Shown: positions 17,332 to 28,200, numbered from the stretch's first letter. The stretch: 64,000 nucleotides of DNA from Steroidobacteraceae bacterium (GCA_044375575.1 JBILMJ010000010.1:2282-66281); one strand, 5' to 3'. Made by a program: numbers and translations. The notes: a model not told the origin generated them from the letters alone.

Positions 17332-18240
17332 TTACCGCAACACTTCGAGCAGCGACAGCTGCGCCATACGAGCCATCATCGATTGGGATGCCTGTAACAA
17401 CACTTCCTGCTTCTGCAGTTCGGTCAATGCGGAGGCGTAATCGAGATCACGAATCGAGGACAGCGTCTCCTGGGCGCGCAACTTGGTTTCGACGGCTTGC
17501 TCTTCGATCAATTGCAATCGCTGCTGGGTACCGCCCACCCGGGCGAGTACCGCGCTCGAATCGCTGACGAGCTGATCGACTTGGGCGAGCGCCTGGACTC
17601 GCTCCGATTCGTTGTTGGTGCCGAGCGAGGTCGAGAGGCTGTTGATGACCTCGAAGAAGCCCGTGGTCAGCGCGCCGTTCTTGACGGCCTTGAACACCGT
17701 CGGTCCGGAGACCGTGACATCCTCGTAACCGACATCGGTCACTCGCACCCGCAGCGGCGCGGCCGCGCCGGTGTACACCACCGTACCGTCGCCTTGCAGG
17801 GTGTACGGCGGTTCCGAAGAATTGATGCCTGCAAAGACGTATCGATCGTCGGCATCGCGAGTGTTCGCAATATCCACGAGCGATCGCTTGATCGAATCCA
17901 CCTCTTCGGCCAGCGCCTGCCGGCGGCCCTCCCCGATCGCGGTATTGGCCGCTTGGAAGGCGACTTCTTTGAGCCGATCCATGAGTTCGCTTGCCGCCTG
18001 CAGCGCTTTGGCCTGCGCATCGACGCCGATGCGAGCACGCGAGATCGATTCGACGTCGGTGTCGAGTCGCTTCAACCGACTCTCCAGCGCCTGGATTCGG
18101 GCCACTTTGTCCGGCCCTTCCGACGGCCGCGTGAACTTCGTACCGAGCGATAGCTGAGCTTGCATCTTGGCCATTTCGGCCGAGTTGTCGCTCATCCTCT
18201 CGGTAAGCTGGCTGTAGATCATTCCGGTCGATACACGCAT
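17332..18240 (-). CDS. flgL: Flagellar hook-filament junction protein FlgL
   Basis: 302 aa. It has flagellin-like termini (MRVSTGMIYSQLTERM... and ...QEVLLQASQSMMARMAQLSLLEVLR). The gene lies between flgK and fliD. Confidence 0.9.
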   Translation of the reverse strand: MRVSTGMIYSQLTERMSDNSAEMAKMQAQLSLGTKFTRPSEGPDKVARIQALESRLKRLDTDVESISRARIGVDAQAKALQAASELMDRLKEVAFQAANTAIGEGRRQALAEEVDSIKRSLVDIANTRDADDRYVFAGINSSEPPYTLQGDGTVVYTGAAAPLRVRVTDVGYEDVTVSGPTVFKAVKNGALTTGFFEVINSLSTSLGTNNESERVQALAQVDQLVSDSSAVLARVGGTQQRLQLIEEQAVETKLRAQETLSSIRDLDYASALTELQKQEVLLQASQSMMARMAQLSLLEVLR

Positions 18241-18251
18241 GGGCTATTCCG

Positions 18252-21200
18252 TTACAGTCGCTGCAGCAGCGCATCGAAGATGCGGCTAGCGGTTTGGATG
18301 ACCTGAGCATTGGCCTGGTACGCCTGCTGATAACGCAGCAAGTCGGCGAGTTCCTCGTCGAGATTCACACCCGACACGCGCTCGCGAGCTTCTTTGGCGT
18401 AGTCACGCACCGTGCGTTGAGCGTCACGACCGATCTCGGCCTGCACGGCGAGCGCACCCACTCGGTCGACGATGTTTTCGTATTCCTGCTGTACCGTCTG
18501 ATCGTTCCCCAGCAGGTCTTTTCGATCCTGGAGTCGTGCGATCGAAGCGGCCATGCGGTTGTCGCCACGCGGATCGTCGTTGGGCCGAATCGAGAATACG
18601 TCGCCCGTCGACGGCACGCCACCCAACGAGACCACCCAGTTCCCATAACTGACGGTGCGGTCCACAGGGTTCATCGCACCGCTCGCGACAGACGTTTGTG
18701 TCGCTACGTCGACGATCGAGTACGAGTTATCGCCCCCGAAACGCAGCTCGTACGATCGCTCCTCAGGTGACAGGGCGCGCGGCGGCTTGCCAGCTTCGAA
18801 CGATCCAACGAGCGCCACGGCCGAAGTGACTCCAGCGCTGTCTACGCCGAAGACGAGCAGGTCTTCGGCCAGTGCGCCCTGCATCACGAATCCGGGCTTA
18901 AGGCCAAGTTGTCGGAGTGTTCCGCTAGAGGTCCCGCCCACTTCGGAATCGAAGTCGATGCTGATCGGTGCGTCGTTGAAATGAGTTTTTTCTTCGAGCC
19001 CGAGCGTATTGGCGCCCACCGAGAAGGGCTCGCCAAATCGGCCGTCGCTGTTGCGCAGCACGAGTTTTCCGTCAGTGACCATCGCCGTCACACCGAGCGA
19101 GCCGGCATTGATGCGAGCAGCCAGTGCGTTGGCGCGATCGGCAGCGGTTTCGGTATTCGCGGCGGTCCGCTGAATGACGACGCCATTGAGCGTAAGGCTC
19201 GCGTTGACCGGAATCGCCGTATCGACCACCACTTCCTGGTACGACTTGAATAACAGGCGGGGTCCATAGCTCTTCTGCTCGACGCCAAAATTATTGCTGC
19301 CGACCGAGATGGCGGCGCCGCCCGAGTCGACCAATACGATCTCCGAGCCGGAGTCGAGTGCGGAAGCATCGGTACGCTCAGCCGTCTCGAGACGCGCTTC
19401 GATCGTCGGCAGTCCACCATCGGCGTTGATCGCCGCCATGAGTCCGGAGACCGAGGCCGCGCTGAAGTTGCGGCCGTTGACCGTGATGCTGAGCGAACCC
19501 GATGTAGAGGGAGGTCGCAGGCGAACCTCGCTCTTGACCTCGGCTACGACACCCGTCGTAGCGCGTTGCGTGTTGATCGCCGCGGCATACTCGCTCACCG
19601 TATTCGGTTGACCATCGCGCGGAATCTTTGCCGAGATCGCTACGTTGTTGATGCGCAAGGCACCCGAAGCGAGCGGCGTAAAGGAATCGACGTCGATACG
19701 GTCGCTGAGCAAGGACGCTGGGGTCTGAATTTTCCCGCCGGCGCCGTTGTCTTGAGACCCTGACGTGGCAAAGACGCCGTAGGTGAAGGCCTGATCGAGA
19801 TACGAATTCGTGCCCGAGCGATTGAGATAGGTCGCGGAGTACTGCGCGCCGGCGAAAAATCCATTGGCGGTCGTCACTTCGCCCGAGGCCATTTGCGGCC
19901 CAGCGAGCTGTCGTCCGTCCCGCGTGAAAATCGCGACCTCGGCATTCGAGGACTCGGAGCGGAGCAGGACGTTCTTCATTCCCGCTTCGACGACTGCGAT
20001 CGGCTTGCTCGATGCCGCGAACGTCGTCGCGACCGAGCCCGGGCTCGCGCCGCGAGGCAGGACTTCCGCAATCGAGCGACCAACTACGGTGTCTCGAGGA
20101 GCGCCGAGGACGACATCCGCACTGATACCACTCAGATTCGTGAGCGATCCGGAGACGCTCAAGCGCATACCCGTGACGATTTCGTCCGGCTCGCGAATCA
20201 ACGTCGAAAATGTTTGAGCGGGTCGTTGCTGCGGCGTCACGCGGAACGTGTCGCCGTTGACGGCCGTACCGTTGAACGAAAATCTCAATCCGTCGATATC
20301 GACGGTCGTCGAGCCACTCGCGGAACGGTTCGATTGCCGGTCGGTGACGACCCACTCCCCTCGTGACCCGTCATAGCGCGCGCTGTAGGCGCGGTACCCG
20401 ACGGCCGCCGGATCGGTCACCTCGACGCCGAGTCGAGTGGTTCCTGCATTGGCGCCCCCGTCGACATCGAAATCGGGACCAATGTAAAAAAGGTCTCTGC
20501 CCTGACGTCCTTGAGAGTCCAGTCCCTGCCGATGCAGACGATTGACTTCGTTTCCGAAGGCGAGCGCGAGGTTATCGAGGCGGCCCGCCGCAACACCGAG
20601 CGCCTGGGATCGATACGACACCAAGCCGCCCACGATGCCGGAGCGAATCGGCGGCAACACGGTCGGACGACTTTGTGCATCGAGCACGAGCTGTACCCGA
20701 CCTGGATCGATGCTATCGAACGACGCAGACAAGCTTCGGGCGTTACCGCCTTCCACGAGCGCCGCACCCGATGCGCTTTCGCCAGCGTAGACCGACGAGA
20801 TCCCGTTGTCGGACAACACGACGGTGATGCCGATCTGCTCAGCGAGGTCTCCGAGGATCGAGTCGCGCTTGTCGAGGAGCTGCATGGGCTGCTCGGCGCT
20901 TGAGGCGCGATTGACCAGCTGCTTGTTGATCGAAGCGAGCTCCGACAGCAGAGAGTTGGTCTTGACGACCGCATCGTCGATGGCTTCTCGCGTCGAGCGA
21001 TCGAAGTCGGCAATGGTCGAGCCGAGACTTCTGAACCGCAGCGCCACGCCATCTGCGGCGGCCACAAACCCGGCGCGGGCGCCGACGGAAGCTGGTGCGA
21101 CTTCCAGTCCGCGCACCGCGCCGAAAAATTCTTCGAATGCGCCGTGCAAGCCGGCCTCGGAGCTGCCGATCGCATCCTGCAACGCCTGCAATTCGCGCAA

Positions 21201-21464
21201 CAGCGAGTCCTGCGCCGAGAGCTCGCTCGTGGCGCGCTGCAGATTTTCTTCGGCGAATCGGTCGTAGACGCGCTGGACGCCCGCAAATCGCACACCCGAG
21301 CCAAGGCTGATGCGCGAGGTCGTATCTTGGCCGGCGGATTCGATGATCGAGCGCTGACGGACATAACCTTCCGTCTGTAAATTGGCAATGTTGTTACCGG
21401 TGGTCGCAAGCGACCGCTGGTATGCCGTTAATCCGGAGACGCCTATTCCGACGATATCGACCAC
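18252..21464 (-). CDS. flgK: Flagellar hook-filament junction protein FlgK, unusually long (1070 aa)
   Basis: GTG start. The N-terminus is GVSGLTAYQRSLATTGNNIANLQTEGYVRQ. The C-terminus is VSGVNLDEELADLLRYQQAYQANAQVIQTASRIFDALLQRL. A central insertion of about 550 aa contains three IN-type motifs. Confidence 0.92.
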   Translation of the reverse strand: MVDIVGIGVSGLTAYQRSLATTGNNIANLQTEGYVRQRSIIESAGQDTTSRISLGSGVRFAGVQRVYDRFAEENLQRATSELSAQDSLLRELQALQDAIGSSEAGLHGAFEEFFGAVRGLEVAPASVGARAGFVAAADGVALRFRSLGSTIADFDRSTREAIDDAVVKTNSLLSELASINKQLVNRASSAEQPMQLLDKRDSILGDLAEQIGITVVLSDNGISSVYAGESASGAALVEGGNARSLSASFDSIDPGRVQLVLDAQSRPTVLPPIRSGIVGGLVSYRSQALGVAAGRLDNLALAFGNEVNRLHRQGLDSQGRQGRDLFYIGPDFDVDGGANAGTTRLGVEVTDPAAVGYRAYSARYDGSRGEWVVTDRQSNRSASGSTTVDIDGLRFSFNGTAVNGDTFRVTPQQRPAQTFSTLIREPDEIVTGMRLSVSGSLTNLSGISADVVLGAPRDTVVGRSIAEVLPRGASPGSVATTFAASSKPIAVVEAGMKNVLLRSESSNAEVAIFTRDGRQLAGPQMASGEVTTANGFFAGAQYSATYLNRSGTNSYLDQAFTYGVFATSGSQDNGAGGKIQTPASLLSDRIDVDSFTPLASGALRINNVAISAKIPRDGQPNTVSEYAAAINTQRATTGVVAEVKSEVRLRPPSTSGSLSITVNGRNFSAASVSGLMAAINADGGLPTIEARLETAERTDASALDSGSEIVLVDSGGAAISVGSNNFGVEQKSYGPRLLFKSYQEVVVDTAIPVNASLTLNGVVIQRTAANTETAADRANALAARINAGSLGVTAMVTDGKLVLRNSDGRFGEPFSVGANTLGLEEKTHFNDAPISIDFDSEVGGTSSGTLRQLGLKPGFVMQGALAEDLLVFGVDSAGVTSAVALVGSFEAGKPPRALSPEERSYELRFGGDNSYSIVDVATQTSVASGAMNPVDRTVSYGNWVVSLGGVPSTGDVFSIRPNDDPRGDNRMAASIARLQDRKDLLGNDQTVQQEYENIVDRVGALAVQAEIGRDAQRTVRDYAKEARERVSGVNLDEELADLLRYQQAYQANAQVIQTASRIFDALLQRL

Positions 21465-21465
21465 G

Positions 21466-21816
21466 TCACTTCTCCGTCGCGCCGAATTGTCGACGTTGGA
21501 GTACGTCTACCGTGGATTCCGTCTGCTTCTTGAGTTGCTCCTCGATGAACGGGGCGAGACCGATACCGCCGGCTCGAGACATCCCGAGAGCGACCTGTTG
21601 GTCAAACATCTGCTCGTACGTTTCCATCGTGTCGGAACCGAGCAGACCACTGCGCGTAACCGACTTTCTCATCTCCTTCAACATCATGTTGAGGAACAGA
21701 GATTCGAATTGTTTGGCGACATCCGACGTCGCATCATCGGGTCGACGACCCGCCTTGGCCTTCAGATCGGCCAGCGAGTTGAAATCGAACCAGGATGATG
21801 GAGTACGAACGTCCAT
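21466..21816 (-). CDS. flgJ: FlgJ rod-binding domain protein (no muramidase domain)
   Basis: 116 aa. DVAKQFESLFLNMMLKEMRKS...FDQQVALGMSRAGGIGLA is the FlgJ N-terminal rod-binding domain. The ORF ends 1 nt before the flgK start, so no glucosaminidase domain is encoded here. Confidence 0.85.
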   Translation of the reverse strand: MDVRTPSSWFDFNSLADLKAKAGRRPDDATSDVAKQFESLFLNMMLKEMRKSVTRSGLLGSDTMETYEQMFDQQVALGMSRAGGIGLAPFIEEQLKKQTESTVDVLQRRQFGATEK

Positions 21817-21821
21817 GATCG

Positions 21822-22976
21822 TCAGATCACGATCAACTCGGCCTGCAGTGCACCGGCACGCTGCAGCGCCTCGAGGATGGAGATCAGCGCCGTGGGCGAC
21901 GCACCGATTTCGTTGACGGCGTTCACGATCTGGCGCAGCTCGGCACCGGGCTTGAACAGCACCATCTTCTTGTTCTCTTCGGTGACCGTGATATCCGCGT
22001 TCTGGACGGGCGTCGTCGTCCCGCCTCGCGAGAACGGCTCGGGCTGACTGACTTCGTTCGTCGCCTCGACCGTCACGGTGATGTCACCCTGGCTCACGGC
22101 AGCCGCTCGAACGCGGACGTTCGAACTGATGACGACCGTACCCGTACGTGAATTGACGACGACCCGAGCAGGAGGCTCAGCAGCATCCACATCGAGCTCC
22201 TCGAGGAGTCCGACGAACGCCACACGAGCCTCCGGCGCGGTTGGTGCTCGAACCTTGACGGAGACGGCGTCGACTGCCGCAGCGACTCCGTCACCGAACT
22301 GTGCATTGATGGCTTTCATGATTCGCGCACTCGTCGCGAAATCAGGATTGGTGAGATTGAGGGTGACGTGATCCCCCACGTTAAGAGGGCCCTCCACTTC
22401 CCGTTCGACGAGCGCTCCACCAGGAATACGCGCGGAGGTCGCCACGCCCACTGCGACCGAGCTGCCGGCCGCATCAGCCGAGAATCCCGAGGCGGCGACT
22501 GGGCCTTGGGCGACCGCGTAGGTTTCACCGTCGGGACCGCGCATCCGCGTCATCAGCAAGACGCCGCCTCGCAGGCTCTTCGCCTTGGCGATCGCGGCGA
22601 CATTCACATCGATTTTCTGACCGGGCTTGGCGAAAGCCGGAAGCTCTGCGGTCACCATGACGGCGGCCACATTCTCGACTTTGAAATCCTTCACGGCGGT
22701 CGGATCGAGGTCGTAGCTCGACAGCGGGCCGTCCACCGAAGCGCCCATCCGCGCCAAGGTCTCGCGCAGGGTCTGGATCGTGAACGAGATGTCTTTTCCG
22801 TCGCCGGTGCCCTGCAGACCCACCACGAGGCCATAGCCGATGAGCTGGTTGGGTCGAGCCGCCGACAAGGCCGCGATATCTTTGATGCGTGCCGCTTCAG
22901 TTATCGAACTTGCTGCCGACAGAATGACAAGAGCCAGTGTCGATACGATTCGTGCTGCGCGTGATGCAAAAGTCAT
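21822..22976 (-). CDS. flgI: Flagellar P-ring protein FlgI
   Basis: 384 aa. A signal peptide is followed by ARIKDIAALSAARPNQLIGYGLVVGLQGTGDG. The C-terminus is ILEALQRAGALQAELIVI. Confidence 0.95.
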   Translation of the reverse strand: MTFASRAARIVSTLALVILSAASSITEAARIKDIAALSAARPNQLIGYGLVVGLQGTGDGKDISFTIQTLRETLARMGASVDGPLSSYDLDPTAVKDFKVENVAAVMVTAELPAFAKPGQKIDVNVAAIAKAKSLRGGVLLMTRMRGPDGETYAVAQGPVAASGFSADAAGSSVAVGVATSARIPGGALVEREVEGPLNVGDHVTLNLTNPDFATSARIMKAINAQFGDGVAAAVDAVSVKVRAPTAPEARVAFVGLLEELDVDAAEPPARVVVNSRTGTVVISSNVRVRAAAVSQGDITVTVEATNEVSQPEPFSRGGTTTPVQNADITVTEENKKMVLFKPGAELRQIVNAVNEIGASPTALISILEALQRAGALQAELIVI

Positions 22977-22991
22977 GATTCGGCTCCCTCT

Positions 22992-23681
22992 TTAGAACGG
23001 CCACAGACGGAGCAATGCTCGGTTCATCCAGCCAGAACGACTGGCGTCAGCCAGCTCACCTTTGGAGGCGAAGCTGATGTCCGCATCCGCCAACCTGCGC
23101 GATCGGACCGTGTTGTCGGGTTGGATATCGGAAGGTCGAACGAGGCCGGTCAAACGCACGATCTGCGTACCGCGGCCCATCTCCATCCGCTTATATCCTC
23201 GGACGACCAAAAGTCCGTTGGGTAACACTTCGGTGACGACCGCAGTGACCGAACCGGTGATGCGACCCTGCTGCTGCGCCCGGCCCTCACCGTTGGATTC
23301 GATCGCGCTTTCGGCGGGGTTGATGTCGACAGGCCAGGGAACCCCGGCCTTGTCAAAGAAACGGTTGAGCTCGGTGAGAGCGTTGCCATTTAGCGCCGTC
23401 GTCGCGGAGTTGCGCGAAGCGTTCGAGGACGCCGAAGTCGAAGCCGTCACCTGCTCTTCAATCAAAACCGTCAGCAAATCTCCAGGCTGACGCGCACGAT
23501 CGAGTCCGAGCAGGCTTCCCTGTCCGGCACGCGAGAAAATCGATCCATCCGCCACAGGCGGCACAGATCGATCGTCCGCCGGGATGTACACCCGCTCCGG
23601 TGGCAAGTCTCGAACGCCGACCTCGGCGCAGGCGCCGAGCGACGTCGCGAGAAGAACGATGAGCATGACGTTTCGGATCAC
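22992..23681 (-). CDS. flgH: Flagellar L-ring lipoprotein FlgH
   Basis: 229 aa. It has a lipobox (LATSLGAC). GDLLTVLIEEQVTAS and the GNLVVRG-like block LPNGLLVVRGYKRM are present. GTG start. Confidence 0.93.
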   Translation of the reverse strand: MIRNVMLIVLLATSLGACAEVGVRDLPPERVYIPADDRSVPPVADGSIFSRAGQGSLLGLDRARQPGDLLTVLIEEQVTASTSASSNASRNSATTALNGNALTELNRFFDKAGVPWPVDINPAESAIESNGEGRAQQQGRITGSVTAVVTEVLPNGLLVVRGYKRMEMGRGTQIVRLTGLVRPSDIQPDNTVRSRRLADADISFASKGELADASRSGWMNRALLRLWPF

Positions 23682-23690
23682 GGATCAACC

Positions 23691-24476
23691 TCAGAGGTTG
23701 TTGTTGGCGAAGCGCAGCATGCCGTCGACGGACTCGATCGCCTTCGAGTTGACCTCGTAAGCGCGTTGCGTCTCGATCATGTTGACCATTTCTTCGACCA
23801 CGTTGACGTTCGAGCTCTCGAGGGCGCCCTGAATCAATTGGCCGTTGCCCTGCTGCGTCGGAATGCCGACCTGCGGAGGGCCACTCGAAGTCGTCTCACG
23901 GAACAGGTTTTCGCCGATCGCCTGAAGTCCCGAAGGATTGAGGAATCGCGCGAGCTGGACCTGTCCGATGGCCTGGGCCTGTGCTTCACCGAAGGCCTGG
24001 ATCGAGACGGTTCCATCGCCCCCAATCGTGATGGTCTGGGCGTTCTGGGGAATGGCCAATTCGGGCTGCAATCGATAGCCGCTCGAGTTGACGAGAACGC
24101 CTTCGGCGGAAATCTTGAACGCACCGTCACGCGTGTAGGCGAGCGTGCCGTCCGGCTGCAAAATCTGGAAGAACCCCTCGCCGCTGATCGCGAGATCAAA
24201 CGCGTTCTCGGTTTGAATGAGGTTGCCTTGGGCGTGGAGTTTCTCCGTCGACACCACTCGCGTTCCGGTGCCGAGCAAGAGCCCGGTCGGCGCAGCCGTA
24301 TCTGCCGAGGTCTGCGCACCACCCTGACGGACGCTCTGATACAAGAGGTCTTCGAACGTCGCGCGATCCCGCTTGAACCCGGTCGTATTGACGTTCGCGA
24401 GATTGTTCGCGATGACCGTCATGCGCGTCTGTTGCGCATCGAGTCCCGTTTTCGCTACCCAGAGTGCTGCTTCCAT
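23691..24476 (-). CDS. flgG: Flagellar distal rod protein FlgG
   Basis: 261 aa. The N-terminus is LDAQQTRMTVIANNLANVNTTGFKRDRATFEDLLYQ. The C-terminus is NVNVVEEMVNMIETQRAYEVNSKAIESVDGML. Confidence 0.95.
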   Translation of the reverse strand: MEAALWVAKTGLDAQQTRMTVIANNLANVNTTGFKRDRATFEDLLYQSVRQGGAQTSADTAAPTGLLLGTGTRVVSTEKLHAQGNLIQTENAFDLAISGEGFFQILQPDGTLAYTRDGAFKISAEGVLVNSSGYRLQPELAIPQNAQTITIGGDGTVSIQAFGEAQAQAIGQVQLARFLNPSGLQAIGENLFRETTSSGPPQVGIPTQQGNGQLIQGALESSNVNVVEEMVNMIETQRAYEVNSKAIESVDGMLRFANNNL

Positions 24477-24500
24477 TTAGAGGATTCCTCGCCTTGCGTT

Positions 24501-25253
24501 TTACTGGCTCAGCCGCGCCAGAGACTGGCTGCGCTCGGCGAGATCACTCGCCTGCTTGAGAACTTTGACTTGCATTTCGTAACGTCGGCTCATGCTGATC
24601 ATGTCGACCATGCTGCCGAACAAATTGGCATTGCTGCCCTCGAGAACTCCCGAGGCGACAGCGGGCGTTTGTGCAGCCGGAAACGGCTGACGATCCGCCG
24701 ACTCGTACAAACCATCGGTACGCAGATTGACCTTGGACGGGTCTGCCTCGACGACTTGGAGTCGTGCGAGCGGCTGGAAGATCACCGCGTCACCGCCCAC
24801 CTGTTTCGTCAGGACCGTGCCATCCGGCCCGATCTTGATTTCAGCCAAGGGGGGAACCGTGATCGGCTCATTCGTATCGCTGACGAGCAACTCACCCGAA
24901 CCGATCTTCAAGGCGCCGTTGACGTCGATCGACACGTCACCGCGTCGCGTATAGGCGATCTCGCCACTCTTCGACAGCACTGCGAAAAGCTGATTTCCGT
25001 TGAGCGCGACATCGAGCGGTCGCCCGGTGCTCATCATCGGCCCAGCATTCATATCCACACGCGAAGACGGCTTGACGACCGGTACGAAACGCGACGTGAA
25101 GCCGTCTCCGTCGTACCGATACGTCTCGGTGGCCGCAGCGAACGCGCGTTTGAAGCCGGCCGTGCTGACGTTCGCGATCTCGTTCGAGATCTGCTGAACG
25201 CGCTGGTCGATGAACTTCTGTCCGCTCAGCGCTGTGTAGATCAGTCTGTCCAT
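24501..25253 (-). CDS. flgF: Flagellar proximal rod protein FlgF
   Basis: 250 aa. The N-terminus is IYTALSGQKFIDQRVQQISNEIANVSTAGFKR. The C-terminus is GSNANLFGSMVDMISMSRRYEMQVKVL. Confidence 0.92.
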   Translation of the reverse strand: MDRLIYTALSGQKFIDQRVQQISNEIANVSTAGFKRAFAAATETYRYDGDGFTSRFVPVVKPSSRVDMNAGPMMSTGRPLDVALNGNQLFAVLSKSGEIAYTRRGDVSIDVNGALKIGSGELLVSDTNEPITVPPLAEIKIGPDGTVLTKQVGGDAVIFQPLARLQVVEADPSKVNLRTDGLYESADRQPFPAAQTPAVASGVLEGSNANLFGSMVDMISMSRRYEMQVKVLKQASDLAERSQSLARLSQ

Positions 25254-25272
25254 GATGGGCGATCAGATCTCA

Positions 25273-28200
25273 TCAACCACGAATATTGACGATGGTGCTC
25301 GTCAAGTTCGTCGCCGTTTCGATGGCCTTGGCATTGGCCTGGAAGTTTCGCTGCGCGGTGATCAGGTTGACGAGTTCCTCCGTCAGGTCGACGTTCGCTC
25401 GTTCGAGAGCACCACCCTGAATCGTTCCGTAGCCGTCCGAGCCTGCGACACCGACGACCGCATCGCCCGAGTTGGACGTAGCGACATAGTTGGCATTACC
25501 GATCTGCTTCAAACCGTTCGGGCTCGCGAAGTTCGCGAGAATCAGTTTTCCGAGCGCTTCCTGCTGACCGTTGGTGTAGTTCGCGCGAACCGTACCGGCC
25601 GAGTCGATGCTGATACCGTCGAGGCGACCGGAGGTAAATCCGTCCTGCGTCAGCGACAACACCGAGAAGGGCTGCGAGAACTGCGTGGAGAACTTTCCGT
25701 AGTCCACGTTCAACACGATGAGATCGGCGCCGTTCTGCGGATCGAACGGCGTATAGCGGGCGCCCTCCTTCGGCGAGACCAGCTTACCGGCCGTGTCGAA
25801 GGTCAGCTGACCCTTGGTCAGGTAGATCGGCGCATAGTTCGGAAGGTTTTCCGGCTTCTTCGTCGTCTCTTTACCGTCCTTGTCGATGTAGAGAAGGTTG
25901 CCGTCGGTATCCTTCGCCTGAACGAGCACGGTGACCTTCGGCACGCTACCGCGAATCTGCGAGGTCGAACTCAAACCGAAGTTCGGGTGACCGTTGATGT
26001 TGATGAACGATTCTTCCGAAGTCGTTCCCGAGGTGAACACGAAGCGAGAGTTGTCCAGATCGTATTCAACTTGCACGCCGCTGACGGCCTTGCCGTTCGG
26101 GCCGGCGATCGCATTGATTCGATCTTCCAACGCTTGGGCGAAGGTGGTTCCGGTATAGGCACCCGGCGGGATACGGATCGAACCGTCGATGCCATCGACC
26201 GTGACGTTGACGATGTTGTCGTTGGGGGTCACGGAGAAGGTGCCGGTGATATCGATACCGGCCTTGCTGCCCGTGGTGACGGCAGGCTTCGAGGACAAGC
26301 CGGTACCCGCAGAGGAAGTGATTTCGGCCGAGAACTCGTCGGAGATGCCGAGCACGTTCGAGGCGCGATCATTATCCGAGAGCGAGATGCGGATCAGCGA
26401 TTTCTCACCCGTCGTGCCCGAGGAGAACACGAACTTTCTTTGATCTTTGAGGTAATCGACACGAATGCCGTAACGACGCTGATCTTCGTTGAGGATGTCG
26501 TTACCGTTCGGGCGAAGCTCGCCCGTCGACAACGTGCCTTGGGTCGTACCGGCGCCGACCGCCGTGAAGTCGCCCGTCGCCGGGAAACCGAGCACATCGT
26601 TCGCCCTCGGCGTCGAACCGTCCGTATCGAGAGATCCGAGCACCTTGAGGCCCTGGATCTTGAACGAGTTGTCGTACGGCTTGAAGGTGAACGAACGTGC
26701 GCGCGGGTCGTAACCGACTTTGATCACGCCCGAGCCGATGTGGCTATCCACCTCGCGCTGCACCGCAGCGACGAGATCGTTCGCCGCGTTCGGCGCATTC
26801 GGGCTGTAGGTTTCGAGTGAGGGCAATCGCATTTTGATGCCGGACTCGAGCGCATTCGCACGGGTCTTGCCAGTGCCGACAAGGGCGCCGTTCTGACCGG
26901 CTCTGGTGTCCGCATACGCGGTACGCAGCGGACTGTCGGAAGGCAGGTTGTCGAGATCGATTTCCGCAAACAGCCTGAAGTCGCTGTTGGCAACACTGTT
27001 AATGCTGGTGTAGCGATCGTCACCATAGGCGTTGTTGATCGCCTTGGTCATTTCCGCCGCCAACTCCGTACCCGTCAGGGCCTGACCGCGAAGCTTGTCC
27101 GGCAGCGAGACGACGATCGGATCGGAATCGTCCACCGAAATCTTCACGAAGTTTCGGTTGTTGACGCCGCGCTGCTTCTCGACGTTCGAGCCGACCGTGA
27201 TGGCCGTCGCGCTCGAGAAATCCGCGCCCGTGAATCCACCCGCCTGACTCTTCATCGAGTTCGTGACGGCGATCCTGAAGGTTTCATCACCCTCGATATC
27301 GTAGAAGGTCAATGAACCATCGAGTGCCTTGCCCGTGTACCCCAAGCCGAGCGCAGCCAGCGCCGCTGCCGCGGTTTCACTCGGTGCCGCAGCGCCGGAG
27401 GCGCCGACACTCGCAATGTTGGTCGCGCCCGACAACAACGTGTCGATATCTTCGGCACGCAGCGTCTTGCCGGAGGCGGCGTTCGCCGTCTGGCTATGGA
27501 ACGTCAGAGTTCGGGTCACCGCCGAGGCACCCGAACCCTTGGTCAGCGTAATCGAGTATTCCTGCGCGGGCGTTCCGGCGCCTGAGGTCGAGATGGCGTT
27601 GGTCCAGGTACCGCTTGCAGTCGTGCTCACCTCGGAGAAGCCGATGCGAATCTTGTTGCTGTCAGTGCTTCCGAAATCGAAGCCGCTGGCGCGGTCAATG
27701 AATCCACCCGTCAGCTTTGCCGGCGTCGAGTCGACTTCGTTCGTCTGGTCATTGAGGAAGTAGAGCGGGTGTGGCGAACCGGCGTTGAAGGTCGGGTCGA
27801 ACTTCGTCGGATCAGTCGTCTGCTGACCGAACTTGTCGAGATACAGCGTCTCGCCCTTGTCCGTCTTTGCGTTAAGCAAGGCGGGTTCGATTTCACGATC
27901 ACCGACGTAGATGTACGTCTGCCATTTGTTGGTCGGATCTTCGATCGTGGCGTTGGACACCTTGACGTAGTAGATCGTCGCGATCGAAGGGTTACCGAGA
28001 GAGTCGAACACCGTGATCGAGGTCGATCGGTTGAACGTGTTCGGATCGTTTCGATCGAATCGGTACACCGCGCCGCCCGACTTGAACTGCTCCTGCTGCG
28101 GAATGATCTCCGCGTCCGCGGGCAGGTTCACGCCGAGGTCGATCTTTGACGACGCACGCGGCAAGCCCGCGGTGCTCGGCAACTGCAACGATCTGGCCGA

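Noticed and set aside
17447-21409. Same-strand alternative-frame ORFs inside flgL and flgK (17447-18310, 19378-20355, 20417-21409)
   Set aside because: These are out-of-frame overlaps of confidently identified flagellar genes. Their products are Arg/Pro/Ser-rich and have no recognisable domains.
23766-26820. 507-aa (23766-25289) and 522-aa (25252-26820) plus-strand ORFs
   Set aside because: They lie antisense to flgG, flgF and flgE, whose translations have canonical rod and hook termini. The antisense products are low-complexity and Arg/Asp-rich.
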